Source: Omnitrophica WOR_2 bacterium (GTDB taxonomy: Bacteria > Bacteroidota > Bacteroidia > Bacteroidales > Lentimicrobiaceae). Taken from it: a stretch of 64,000 nucleotides of DNA. Positions within the stretch are counted from its first letter, which is position 1; each line of letters opens with the position of its first letter. Shown one piece after another: positions 1-9,307 of the stretch. The notes below the pieces were generated by a model. It did no database searches. It was not told the DNA's origin and was given only the letters and a program-made list of their open reading frames with translations. The stretch is taken from NCBI GenBank assembly GCA_050259095.1, contig JBLMZZ010000162.1:4667-68666 (forward strand), written 5' to 3'. The position numbers and the translations under genes were made by a program.

Positions 1-488
1 ACTATTGTATCATTGGCGGGGATTCTTGCATCAATATACCTACCTCCGCCATAAGATTCATTACCCGATGTTTGATCGGTAAATGGAACAAACAAATAGT
101 CTTCATAGCCCTCTTTAGTCATCAAACCAACATTGCGATAAATTGTCAGCTGGTGTTGTTTGCCATTTATATTAAAAGTGGCATCTCCATATACGATATA
201 AAGAGGTAACCTTTCAGTTGTAGTTTTCATTTTAATGGTATCAGGAGATGTTTTCCTGACAAGTTTTGCATAAATAACGTATTTTTTATCTGGTTTAAAA
301 TAGCTCAAACCTACAAAAGATGCCATCCCATCTGAAGTTAATGGTGATTCTTCCGGATTTAGGAATTCTTTATCCTTTACTTTGCGTTCCTGCAGAAGTT
401 GTTTTTTGTACTGACTCGGAACATCCTGTGCATAACCTGCTATGGTTAGGAGAAATAGTATAATGAAAATTAATTTTTGTTGTTTCAT
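1..488 (-). CDS. DUF1684 family protein (3' end runs off the window start)
   Basis: Not in ORF track. Manual translation from ATG 488: MKQQKLIFIILFLLTIAGYAQ (signal peptide)...ESPL...LSYFKPD...YLFVPFTDQTSGNESYGGGRYID, which is the typical DUF1684 motif. Open to position 1. Confidence 0.85.
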   Translation of the reverse strand, partial: MKQQKLIFIILFLLTIAGYAQDVPSQYKKQLLQERKVKDKEFLNPEESPLTSDGMASFVGLSYFKPDKKYVIYAKLVRKTSPDTIKMKTTTERLPLYIVYGDATFNINGKQHQLTIYRNVGLMTKEGYEDYLFVPFTDQTSGNESYGGGRYIDARIPANDTI

Positions 489-585
489 TCTGGTTGAGTT
501 TGACACAAAAATACATTATTTAAAAACTTAAGAAGGCTAATATCTGTTATTTGTCACTCAAATTACCTTTTGAATAAAGAATCTT

Positions 586-1224
586 ATGAATTTATCTAAA
601 ATCAGGAATAACTATTTATTACATCAATTAACTGAAGAAGAAGTTGGTAATGATCCAATTATTTTCTTTGAGAAATGGATGTTACAAGCTCTTGAATCGA
701 AGGTACTGGAACCAACAGCTATGGCGCTTTCGACGGTTGATGCTGATTTAAAACCATCAGCGCGAATAATTTTATTAAAGGGTGTTGAGGACGGTAATTT
801 TATTTTTTATACTAATTATAATAGCAGAAAGGGTAAACAGATTAATAATAATCCATCTGCTGCCTTATTATTTTTTTGGAAAGAACTTGAACGGCAGGTC
901 AGAATTGAAGGTTACATTAAAAGAATATCAACAAAAGCATCAGATGATTATTTTAAAAGCAGACCATTTGAAAGCAGAATAGGATCTATTGTTTCAAACC
1001 AGAGTGAGGTTATAAATAACAGAGAATATCTTGAGACTCTTTTTAAGGAGAAAATAGAAAAATATAACTCAACTGATGATATAAAAAGACCAGACAATTG
1101 GGGTGGATATGCATTATACCCACAACTCATTGAATTTTGGCAGGGTAGGGCATCACGCCTTCACGACAGGATACAATTCAGGTTAAAAGATAGTGTTTGG
1201 GTGAAAGAACGTCTTGCCCCATGA
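586..1224 (+). CDS. pdxH: Pyridoxamine 5'-phosphate oxidase
   Basis: RIILLK, FYTNYNSRKG, LFFWKELERQVRIEG, YFKSRP, EFWQGRASRLHDR, ERLAP C-terminus. Confidence 0.97.
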   Translation: MNLSKIRNNYLLHQLTEEEVGNDPIIFFEKWMLQALESKVLEPTAMALSTVDADLKPSARIILLKGVEDGNFIFYTNYNSRKGKQINNNPSAALLFFWKELERQVRIEGYIKRISTKASDDYFKSRPFESRIGSIVSNQSEVINNREYLETLFKEKIEKYNSTDDIKRPDNWGGYALYPQLIEFWQGRASRLHDRIQFRLKDSVWVKERLAP

Positions 1225-1255
1225 AAAAGATATTGGATGCTATAGCAAAGTTGTC

Positions 1256-2809
1256 TTATTCAGGTTGATGTTCTTTACGGAGAAGGTCGTTGATTGTCTT
1301 TACCGGGTTAAATGTTATTCCTGGTACCTCAATAAAAACTGTGTTCCAGTCAGCCATTGCACCATTCCATAGTCCTGGAAGTTCCTGAGCTTTTAATTCC
1401 TGGCCATCTTTTGATTTTATTGAAATAAATCCTGTTGAAGCATCTATAAACTCCTTTAAATCATAAGGATCTCCTTCGAAATCTCTCACATAACAAACAA
1501 GATCAACCGGATTAAAATGGGTTGCTTTTTCAAAAATCTTTTTTTGTTTATCATCTGAAAAATCTATTTGAGATGATTCAACAATTTGCAATGAAATATC
1601 TCCCGAATTGTCTCTTATCCAGAAGGGACCACCACCGGGTTCACCTTCATTCTTAACCATTCCACAAAGTCTAATGGGTCTATCAAGTTTCGTATACAGG
1701 AAATCAATTTTTTCAATTGGAGAAAAGCTTCCAAATTCATCAGTAATTTTGATATAGAGTTTTTCACTACAGAAATGAACGATCTTTTTCAGTTCATTAT
1801 CAGTCAAACTACCTTCTTCAAGCAAGTCAAGATATTCGGCAATCTTTTCCCTCAATTCCATCAAATACCCACCTAATGCACGTTTATATTTATACGTAAC
1901 ATCTTTAAGGCGGTCGGGTACAACATTATCAATATTCTTTATAAAAATTATTTCACCTTCCCGATCATTAAGATTCTCAATTAAAGCACCATGTCCACCA
2001 GGTCTGAAAATTAAATTCTCATTTTCATCTCTGAATGGTTTATTGTTCTTATCTACAGCAATGGTATCAGTTGAGGACTTTTGTTTAGAGAATGTCAACT
2101 CATAGGTTACATCAAATTGCTCTTCATACTTATCTTTAATATTGTTAATTTCATCAATAAAAGTGTCAGCATGTTCCGGGGATACAGTAAAATGAATTGA
2201 AACTCTCCCTTCACTATTTGTACCGTAGTTGGTACTTTCAACAAGATGCTCTTCCATTGCCATTCGTGCACCATCAGGATAATCATGGAATTTGAGCATT
2301 GCCTTAGGTTTGCCTGCATAACCAAGCCATTGATCATTGAGCAGGAAATCTAAAACAGTTAAATAATCTTTTTCTTTTAATTTAGATTCAAGATTTACAT
2401 GGTTTTCCTCCATTATATTCTTGAGATCATTATAAAATGCAAATTTTTTCAAATTTTTAAAGAAATTCCATGCTGAATTAAAGCTTTTATCTTTTTCGAG
2501 AATTTCATCTGGATTTGATGAGTCTTTTGCCTTGTCAACAAATTCAAAAAGAGCTTTAAACATACGACTTGCAGCACCTGAAGCAGGAACGAATTTTAGA
2601 ATTTCATAATCCTCCTGATTCTTATCATAGTATTTCTGAAGCTTATCTATTTCAGAATCAGTGAAGATCTTAATTCCATTTTTTGTAGTTGCTGGTTCTA
2701 CCAAATCAATAAAGGGAAATCCTTTCTTAAAGTTATCAATTTGTTGTTCGATTACTTTAATATCGATTCCTTTTGCTTGGAATAATTTGAGATCATTGGC
2801 ATTAAACAT
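1256..2809 (-). CDS. DUF4301 family protein (nucleotide-diphospho-sugar transferase-like fold)
   Basis: KFVPASGAASRMFK, RPGGHGALIENLN, CGMVKNEGEPGGGPFW, THFNPVDLVC, ELPGLWNGAM, FNPVKT motifs. Confidence 0.88.
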   Translation of the reverse strand: MFNANDLKLFQAKGIDIKVIEQQIDNFKKGFPFIDLVEPATTKNGIKIFTDSEIDKLQKYYDKNQEDYEILKFVPASGAASRMFKALFEFVDKAKDSSNPDEILEKDKSFNSAWNFFKNLKKFAFYNDLKNIMEENHVNLESKLKEKDYLTVLDFLLNDQWLGYAGKPKAMLKFHDYPDGARMAMEEHLVESTNYGTNSEGRVSIHFTVSPEHADTFIDEINNIKDKYEEQFDVTYELTFSKQKSSTDTIAVDKNNKPFRDENENLIFRPGGHGALIENLNDREGEIIFIKNIDNVVPDRLKDVTYKYKRALGGYLMELREKIAEYLDLLEEGSLTDNELKKIVHFCSEKLYIKITDEFGSFSPIEKIDFLYTKLDRPIRLCGMVKNEGEPGGGPFWIRDNSGDISLQIVESSQIDFSDDKQKKIFEKATHFNPVDLVCYVRDFEGDPYDLKEFIDASTGFISIKSKDGQELKAQELPGLWNGAMADWNTVFIEVPGITFNPVKTINDLLRKEHQPE

Positions 2810-2971
2810 ATAATACTGGTTTGTTTTTTAGTACAAATATGTACTACTTCTGACAAAGATAAGGATTCATTAAGAAAAATACAACTATTGTTCCATACAG
2901 TAGAGCAAGATAGTGTATTAATTTCAGAATTCTCTTGTAGTGCAATAAACATGGAAAATTTTACCATCAGA

Positions 2972-3003
2972 TTGTTGGTAAACAAAAAAAGTTTATATCT
3001 TTG
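2972..3003 (+). promoter_or_regulatory. Bacteroidota sigma-A promoter for the tRNA-Leu pair
   Basis: TATCTTTG (-7, TAnnTTTG consensus) at 2996-3003 with TTG 18-21 nt upstream, 11 nt before the tRNA. Confidence 0.75.
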
Positions 3004-3014
3004 CGCACTCAATT

Positions 3015-3098
3015 GCCCAGGTGGTGAAATTGGTAGACACGCCAGCTTGAGGGGCTGGTGTCCTTAAGGATGTGCAAGTTCGAGTCTTGTCCTGGGCA
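3015..3098 (+). tRNA. tRNA-Leu (anticodon GAG)
   Basis: Acceptor stem GCCCAGG/CCTGGGC, D-loop TGGTAGAC, anticodon arm CCAGC-TTGAGGG-GCTGG, long variable arm, GTTCGAGTC T-loop; CCA not encoded. Confidence 0.97.
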
Positions 3099-3120
3099 CA
3101 ATTTCCGGTTTAGGCCGATA

Positions 3121-3146
3121 GCAGTCGAAAGGCTGCAATTTTTTTT
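3121..3146 (+). terminator. Hairpin plus T-tract between the two tRNAs (terminator or attenuator)
   Basis: GCAGTC-GAAA-GGCTGC then AATTTTTTTT. Confidence 0.55.
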
Positions 3147-3153
3147 AATAACT

Positions 3154-3237
3154 GCCCGGATGGCGGAATTGGTAGACGCGCTAGTTTCAGGGACTAGTAT
3201 ACTTACGTATGTGCAAGTTCGAGTCTTGTTCCGGGCA
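3154..3237 (+). tRNA. tRNA-Leu (anticodon CAG)
   Basis: Acceptor GCCCGGA/TCCGGGC, anticodon arm CTAGT-TTCAGGG-ACTAG, long variable arm, GTTCGAGTC T-loop; CCA not encoded. Confidence 0.97.
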
Positions 3238-3250
3238 CAATTAAATAGTA

Positions 3251-3282
3251 AAAGCCTTGTAAAGTAATTTACGAGGTTTTTT
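3251..3282 (+). terminator. Intrinsic terminator after the tRNAs
   Basis: AAAGCCTTGTAAA-GTAA-TTTACGAGGTTTTTT. Confidence 0.7.
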
Positions 3283-3532
3283 GTTATTTGAACTGTAGAT
3301 TGCAATCATCCCTTCTGTCCTTTATTTGCTCAACCATACAGATTAAGTTTCCTGATTACTAGAACCTTTATTCTTTTCGACTTAACACTCGTATTGAAAA
3401 CCATTTCCCACTAAAACTAACACACTGTTAAGTATTGTTAATCTATTGATATTGAATATATCTGGCATATTTTTTGGAGTTTTAATATCTGCTGAAGTTT
3501 GATTTGAAAACAAACTATTGGAGGATATAGAG

Positions 3533-3922
3533 ATGAAAAAGTTAATTGTTTTAGGCCTTTTTGGAATTTCATTATTTGCTTGTAGTTCACCAAAGGATAT
3601 AGCAAATTCAAGATATGCAGCTAAGTCTGTTACAATTGATACCAGTAAGTATGATATTACAATTATTGATCCTGATTTTGACAGATGGTATTTGCTAACC
3701 TACTCTGATGCTATGGATCATAGTAATGAGTTCTACAGAATGAAAAATACATTTGCTGTCGAAAACTGGAATGACTATCTAACTACAAATAAATATAGAC
3801 GGGCTATCAGTTCCTATATTACTTACAATCCCTCGATTGATTATGGAATTGATGTTAATAGAAAATTGTACTGGTACTTCAAATATATACAAGAGAATTA
3901 CCACGTTCCTCTTCTAAGATGA
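3533..3922 (+). CDS. Small lipoprotein, DUF6146-like
   Basis: ATG at 3533 gives MKKLIVLGLFGISLFA-C lipobox; YDITIIDPDFDRW and IDYGIDVNRKLYWYFKY resemble DUF6146. Confidence 0.7.
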   Translation: MKKLIVLGLFGISLFACSSPKDIANSRYAAKSVTIDTSKYDITIIDPDFDRWYLLTYSDAMDHSNEFYRMKNTFAVENWNDYLTTNKYRRAISSYITYNPSIDYGIDVNRKLYWYFKYIQENYHVPLLR

Positions 3923-3988
3923 TAGAAGTGCCTTCACCTTTCTTTATAAGATTTGTACTCTAAAATAACTTGCAAGAAGGAATGTGTC

Positions 3989-5674
3989 TCATTTTAGTTT
4001 TGGACTCTTACAGTAATTTATACTTAGGCGATCAAAGCGATTAAAATGAAGATTTAATCGTCTAAGAAAATCCTGATAATTTTTATTTTCAACTAATGAC
4101 CAATTTACTTCTGCAAGAGCTATTGCTCTGGGGAAAGCCATATATTCCACTTGTTGTGCGGAAGTTATATATTCTGTCCAAACATTTCCTTGAGAGCCAA
4201 GAATGTACTTAACTTGTCTTTTTTTTAGATCGGGAGGTAATGGATTGAAGGAATATACATTTTCAAGGGTGTTATAGCCACCAATGGCAAATGGTTCTGA
4301 AATTGGATCTCCCTGATAATAGTCAAGATAACAATGAGAACCTGGAGTCATAATTACACTATGCTTCATTTTTGCTGCAACAATTCCTCCTTCAAACCCT
4401 CTCCAGGACATTACAGTAGCACCTTTTGCTAATCCTCCTTCAAGTATTTCATCCCAGCCAATTATTTGGCGACCGTGAGTATTTAAGAATTTCTCAATAC
4501 GCTGAATAAAATAGCTTTGAAGTTCTACTGAACTTTCAAGATGTTCGACTGCCATTCTTTTTTTGCATAGATTACATGCTTCCCATCGTGTTTTAGGAGC
4601 TTCGTCACCTCCTATATGTATATAAGTTGAAGGAAAAATATCCATTACCTCAGTCAGAACATTTTCAATAAAAGTAAAAGTTTGCTCTTTACCCGCACAA
4701 AAAATATCCTCATTCACACCCCATAATGTCCAAGTATCAAAGGGACCACCGGTGCAGGAAAGTTCGGGATAAGAAGCTAATGCAGCGGTTGCATGCCCTG
4801 GCATTTCTATTTCAGGAATAACATTAATATAGCGGGCTGTAGCATACTCAACGATGTCTCTTGCTTCTTCCTGAGTGTAATATCCTCCATAAGGAATACT
4901 ATCCTGACCTTCATTTCTTTTAACAGGTGACGAACTTCTCCAGGCTCCCTTTTGAGTGAGCAGGGGATATGCTTTAATTTCAAGCCTCCATCCCTGATCA
5001 TCTGTTAGATGCCAATGAAAGTTATTCATCTTATAAAAAGCCATTACATCGATGTATCTTTTAATGAAATCAACTGAGAACATGTGTCGACAAACATCTA
5101 AATGCATACCCCGATAACCGAATCGTGGGTAATCAAAGACTTTACATCCTATAATTTTAACTTTTTGGGTTGAAGGAAATCCTTGAGCTTCCTGAAAGGT
5201 ATTTATATTGCCATTACCATGATATGCTAATTCAGTGCTGTCTGAATGAGATATGAACTGTGAAGGAATAAGTTGTGATAAGGTCTGTATCCCATAGAAA
5301 ATTCCTTTGTTTGTCCGCGCAGTTAAGGTGATATTATTTCTATTTACAATCAGTTCATAACCTTCTTCAGGAATTCTATTCTTACAATCAAGAATTAACT
5401 GGATTTGTTTTGTAAAGTGTTTGAGAGCGGGATCATTGTGAGGAACTACTCCATAGACATTCAATTGATTTGGAAATAAGGAGGCAATAAGATTTCCGAG
5501 TCTCTGTAATTCTTTACTCTCACAGTTATAGGTTATTACCGTGTTTGAATCTGGTATAAATTCTTCCCCGGTAATTTCAGTGAATGAAACCGGACATGGA
5601 ATGATAGGATGTGTTTGTGAATATCCCGATATACAGAATGTGAGCAGTAATAGCGTTAGTATGATTCTTTTCAT
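3989..5674 (-). CDS. Beta-N-acetylhexosaminidase (GH20), secreted
   Basis: DYPRFGYRGMHLDVCRH, HWHLTDDQGWR, PEIEMPGH, HIGGDEA catalytic pair, GWDEILEGG. Confidence 0.95.
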   Translation of the reverse strand: MKRIILTLLLLTFCISGYSQTHPIIPCPVSFTEITGEEFIPDSNTVITYNCESKELQRLGNLIASLFPNQLNVYGVVPHNDPALKHFTKQIQLILDCKNRIPEEGYELIVNRNNITLTARTNKGIFYGIQTLSQLIPSQFISHSDSTELAYHGNGNINTFQEAQGFPSTQKVKIIGCKVFDYPRFGYRGMHLDVCRHMFSVDFIKRYIDVMAFYKMNNFHWHLTDDQGWRLEIKAYPLLTQKGAWRSSSPVKRNEGQDSIPYGGYYTQEEARDIVEYATARYINVIPEIEMPGHATAALASYPELSCTGGPFDTWTLWGVNEDIFCAGKEQTFTFIENVLTEVMDIFPSTYIHIGGDEAPKTRWEACNLCKKRMAVEHLESSVELQSYFIQRIEKFLNTHGRQIIGWDEILEGGLAKGATVMSWRGFEGGIVAAKMKHSVIMTPGSHCYLDYYQGDPISEPFAIGGYNTLENVYSFNPLPPDLKKRQVKYILGSQGNVWTEYITSAQQVEYMAFPRAIALAEVNWSLVENKNYQDFLRRLNLHFNRFDRLSINYCKSPKLK

Positions 5675-5730
5675 AAGAGATTACTGAATGTAGAATATAA
5701 TCTACTTAATTGTGCAACTTAAACAGTACG

Positions 5731-6627
5731 TTAGAATGCCTGAGGATAAATTTTCTTTTCTGTCAGACTCAGAATCTTAGCTTTCACTATAGGTTTATCT
5801 TCCTGGTAGGTAACGCCAAACCATTGTCCTGTATTGGGAAGTACTTTTACACGGGCTTCATTAGATTTAATTAAATCATCAACGGCAGTTGGAATATAAA
5901 ATTCAGCTCTTAAATCCATAGAATTTTTTGAGATGAACTGGCTGAAGTGAGATTCTAATTGACTAAAAAAAGCAGGTTTAAAGCACCAAAAGTTCATTGA
6001 AACTAGTTTTTCTTCACCAAGTAAATATCTGTTGCCATCAGCTAATGTGTTGTATATTCCCGAATCCATTCTTACAATCTTTGTATTTTCAACTACACTT
6101 TGAAGCCATCCATCCTTATCAGCTTCACAAACGCCTCTTGATACTGTTCCGAAATCTGACAGAGTATTCTTTAATTGATAAGCTACCATAGCATAATCAG
6201 TTTCGTTCTGATTATCATTAAAAAAGTCAACTGCTTTGACGAATGCTTCATGTCCATAAAAATCATCGGCATTAATAACGGCAAATGGTTCATTAATAAG
6301 CTTTGAAGCCATTAATACAGCATGTCCTGTTCCCCATGGCTTCGTCCTGCCAATAGGAGGAGTATGTCCATCAGGTAATTTATCCAGCTCCTGGAAGACC
6401 CATTCAACAGGAATTGTTTTATTGAGTTTCTCAGCAAAAACTGATTTAAAATCTTCCTCAATATCTTTACGAATAATAAAAACTACTTTACCAAAACCTG
6501 CACGTTTAGCATCAAATACAGAATAATCAAGGATAGTTTGTCCTCCTGGTCCAACAGGATCAATTTGTTTTAATCCTCCATATCGGCTTCCAATACCGGC
6601 CGCTAAAATTAAAAGAGTAGGTTTCAT
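5731..6627 (-). CDS. Sugar-phosphate nucleotidyltransferase (NTP_transferase family)
   Basis: LILAAGIGSRYGGLKQ, KPWGTGHA, VINADDFYG, EFYIP, WFGVTY. Confidence 0.9.
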   Translation of the reverse strand: MKPTLLILAAGIGSRYGGLKQIDPVGPGGQTILDYSVFDAKRAGFGKVVFIIRKDIEEDFKSVFAEKLNKTIPVEWVFQELDKLPDGHTPPIGRTKPWGTGHAVLMASKLINEPFAVINADDFYGHEAFVKAVDFFNDNQNETDYAMVAYQLKNTLSDFGTVSRGVCEADKDGWLQSVVENTKIVRMDSGIYNTLADGNRYLLGEEKLVSMNFWCFKPAFFSQLESHFSQFISKNSMDLRAEFYIPTAVDDLIKSNEARVKVLPNTGQWFGVTYQEDKPIVKAKILSLTEKKIYPQAF

Positions 6628-6711
6628 AATATTCGTAATTAATTATTCAAAAAGCGAGGTAAATGTAAGGATAAACTAAAATGTCAGAATCGATAAATTA
6701 TTTATCAGTCG

Positions 6712-7977
6712 TTATCTTATCCTATTTCCTTTCAAAGCAAAATATAGAATATACAAATAAAGAGGTATCATAATCATGTAAGCTTCTTTATTGCCTATTA
6801 TGTCAACAAGTGATCCGTAAATAAGAGGAATAACAGCACCTCCAGCGATACCCATAACGAGAAGAGCAGAGCCGGCTTTTGTATGTTTACCAAGATCTGC
6901 AATTGCTAATGGCCAAATGCTTGGCCACATCATTGCGTTAGCAAGACCAAGTAAAGCAATAAACATAACGCTTGTAAAACCATTAGTAAGTAGGGCGATA
7001 ATAGTAAAGGTTACACCCAGGATTGTTGACACTGCAAGTGCTTTATCTTGTTTAATATACTTTGGAATAGTGATGATTCCGATGATATATCCAATTACCA
7101 TTGAAATGAGAGTCAAACTTGTAAAGTATCGAGCCTGATCAAGAGAAATTCCTAATGATTTTCCATAAAGTGCAATAGTATCACCTGCCATTACTTCAAC
7201 ACCCACATAAAAGAATATAGCGAAGAATCCCATTATAAGATGGGGATAATTGTACCAGGACTTTTTAGATAATGAAGAAAGAGCAACATCAGAAGATTCA
7301 TTTTCAAGATCAATTTCAGGCAAATGGGCCCATCTGATCATGAACCCAAGAAAAGTTAAAATTACTGCCATTATTATATATGGGAGTATCACTTTCCCTG
7401 CCAGATCATTAAGCATAACTTCTTTTTGAGCACCTGAAACGATACTCACCTGCTCCATTAGTTCGTTAGCACCGGAAAGTAATACAGCACCTAAGATTAT
7501 AGGACTAATTGTACCGGCTATTTTATTTGCAATACCCATTATTGCAATTCGTTTGGCTGCACTTTCTCTGGGTCCAATTATTGTGATATATGGATTTGAA
7601 GCAGTTTGTAATAAGGCAAGACCGGTACCCTGAACAAAAAGTCCTGTAAGGAATAACCCAAAAGTTCTATTTAATGCAGCAGGGATAAAAAGCAATGAAC
7701 CAATTGCCATTAAAAACAATCCAAGGGCCATACCATTCTTAAATCCAGTCTTTTTAAGTACTATAGATGAAGGTGGAGCCATAAATAGGTATGAAATGTA
7801 GAAAGCGAATGTTACAAAATATGCTTGCAGATTATTGAGTTCACATGATATTTTGAGAAAAGGTATCAATGTTCCATTGAGCCAGGTAACAAACCCGAAA
7901 ATAAAAAATAGAATACCAATTGTAAATATGGAAAGGAAATACGATTTCCTATCATGCTGTAATTCATTGGAGGTCAT
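6712..7977 (-). CDS. Sugar MFS transporter (FucP/GluP/NagP family)
   Basis: About 12 hydrophobic segments; FFIFGFVTWLN, LQTASNPY, FFYVGVEV, GIAGGAVIP. Confidence 0.92.
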   Translation of the reverse strand: MTSNELQHDRKSYFLSIFTIGILFFIFGFVTWLNGTLIPFLKISCELNNLQAYFVTFAFYISYLFMAPPSSIVLKKTGFKNGMALGLFLMAIGSLLFIPAALNRTFGLFLTGLFVQGTGLALLQTASNPYITIIGPRESAAKRIAIMGIANKIAGTISPIILGAVLLSGANELMEQVSIVSGAQKEVMLNDLAGKVILPYIIMAVILTFLGFMIRWAHLPEIDLENESSDVALSSLSKKSWYNYPHLIMGFFAIFFYVGVEVMAGDTIALYGKSLGISLDQARYFTSLTLISMVIGYIIGIITIPKYIKQDKALAVSTILGVTFTIIALLTNGFTSVMFIALLGLANAMMWPSIWPLAIADLGKHTKAGSALLVMGIAGGAVIPLIYGSLVDIIGNKEAYMIMIPLYLYILYFALKGNRIR

Positions 7978-8279
7978 AAAGATGTTTTTAGAAAACGATA
8001 ATAGTTATTTGTCGGGAAATCATCTTAAATCATGCTAGCTCTGGTGAGTCGGATGGTTATGAAATTAATTGCTAAAGTAAAAAAATAATCAGTAATGCTC
8101 AAAGAACCTTTCATTTTCAAAAGTAATGATGGTACTATTTTTGATACATTCACATTAATTTACCATAAATTCTCCTCTTCAAAACTTATTAACCACTATG
8201 TAAATATGGCGGTTTCATTATATTTTTTACTTAAAGGAGGTTACTTTTAGCGAGTTCGTACATAAATATTAGAATTAAA

Positions 8280-9266
8280 ATGGCTTTAGCTACTGAAATC
8301 AATAAATCCGGCATGCATAATCAAATTCTTTACACTGATCAGGATGCTAAAAATGAGTTGTATAAGTGTGCAATTTGTCCACGCTTATGCAATGTCAACA
8401 GGGTAAATGAAGCATCTGGTTATTGTAATACAAATGCTGGTTTTAATATCAGTACTATTTGTATTCATAAAGGTGAAGAACCTGTGATTAGTGGAATACA
8501 TGGTATCTGCAATGTCTTTTTCAGCCATTGTAACCTTCAATGTATTTTTTGTCAGAACTATCAAATTAGTCAAAATGGGACTAATATTCACAATATTGGG
8601 ACACTTGAACAAATAACTGAGAAAATAATTGCTTGCCTTGACCAAGGTTGTAATTCAGTTGGTTTTGTTTCAGCTTCTCATATGGTTCCACAGATGATAC
8701 TGATTATAAATGCTCTTCACGGGTTAGAAAGATATCCGACAATTATTTATAACTCAAATGGTTATGATAAAGTTGAAACATTAAAGAAGCTTGAAGGGAT
8801 CATTGACATATATCTTCCAGACTTTAAATACTCTGACAATACCTTGGGAATGGCATTCTCAAAAGTCAAAGATTATCCTGAAGTGGCATTAGCAGCTCTC
8901 AAAGAAATGTATCGACAAATGGGGCCGACTCTTATAACTGATGAAAATGAAGTAGCTGTCAGGGGAATGATTATAAGACATTTAGTATTACCGGGACAAA
9001 TAGAGAATAGTATTAACTCTCTTAGATTAATTGAGAGAGAGATTTCATCGAAAGTATGCATTTCACTTATGGCGCAATACTATCCTGTAGCTGGAGTTAT
9101 TGGACATCCAACTTTAGGAAGGTCGATTACATTGGAAGAATATGAGGTCGTATGTAATGAAATGGAAAAGCTGGGATTTATTAATGGCTGGATTCAGGAA
9201 TTAGAGAGTAACAAGGAATATCTGCCTGATTTTGATTCAATTCATCCTTTTGAAAAGACTGCATAA
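8280..9266 (+). CDS. Radical SAM protein, PflX-like
   Basis: CNLQCIFCQN (CxxxCxxC), N-terminal CxxCPRxC, HKGEEP, YNSNGY, DIYLPDFKY, IRHLVLPG. Confidence 0.9.
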   Translation: MALATEINKSGMHNQILYTDQDAKNELYKCAICPRLCNVNRVNEASGYCNTNAGFNISTICIHKGEEPVISGIHGICNVFFSHCNLQCIFCQNYQISQNGTNIHNIGTLEQITEKIIACLDQGCNSVGFVSASHMVPQMILIINALHGLERYPTIIYNSNGYDKVETLKKLEGIIDIYLPDFKYSDNTLGMAFSKVKDYPEVALAALKEMYRQMGPTLITDENEVAVRGMIIRHLVLPGQIENSINSLRLIEREISSKVCISLMAQYYPVAGVIGHPTLGRSITLEEYEVVCNEMEKLGFINGWIQELESNKEYLPDFDSIHPFEKTA

Positions 9267-9307
9267 TTAAAATATTTTGTATATTGATTGACTTTTTACA
9301 AATTATA

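Noticed and set aside
3015-3300. tRNA pair as an integration site for an island or prophage
   Set aside because: No integrase is adjacent, I saw no duplicated tRNA 3' end elsewhere, and the flanks are ordinary genes.
3009-3305. ORF-track ORFs 3009-3305 (-) and 3058-3267 (+)
   Set aside because: They overlap the two tRNA-Leu genes and are shadow ORFs.
8233-8240. AAAGGAGG as SD for the radical SAM gene
   Set aside because: It is about 40 nt upstream of the ATG, too far to act as an SD.
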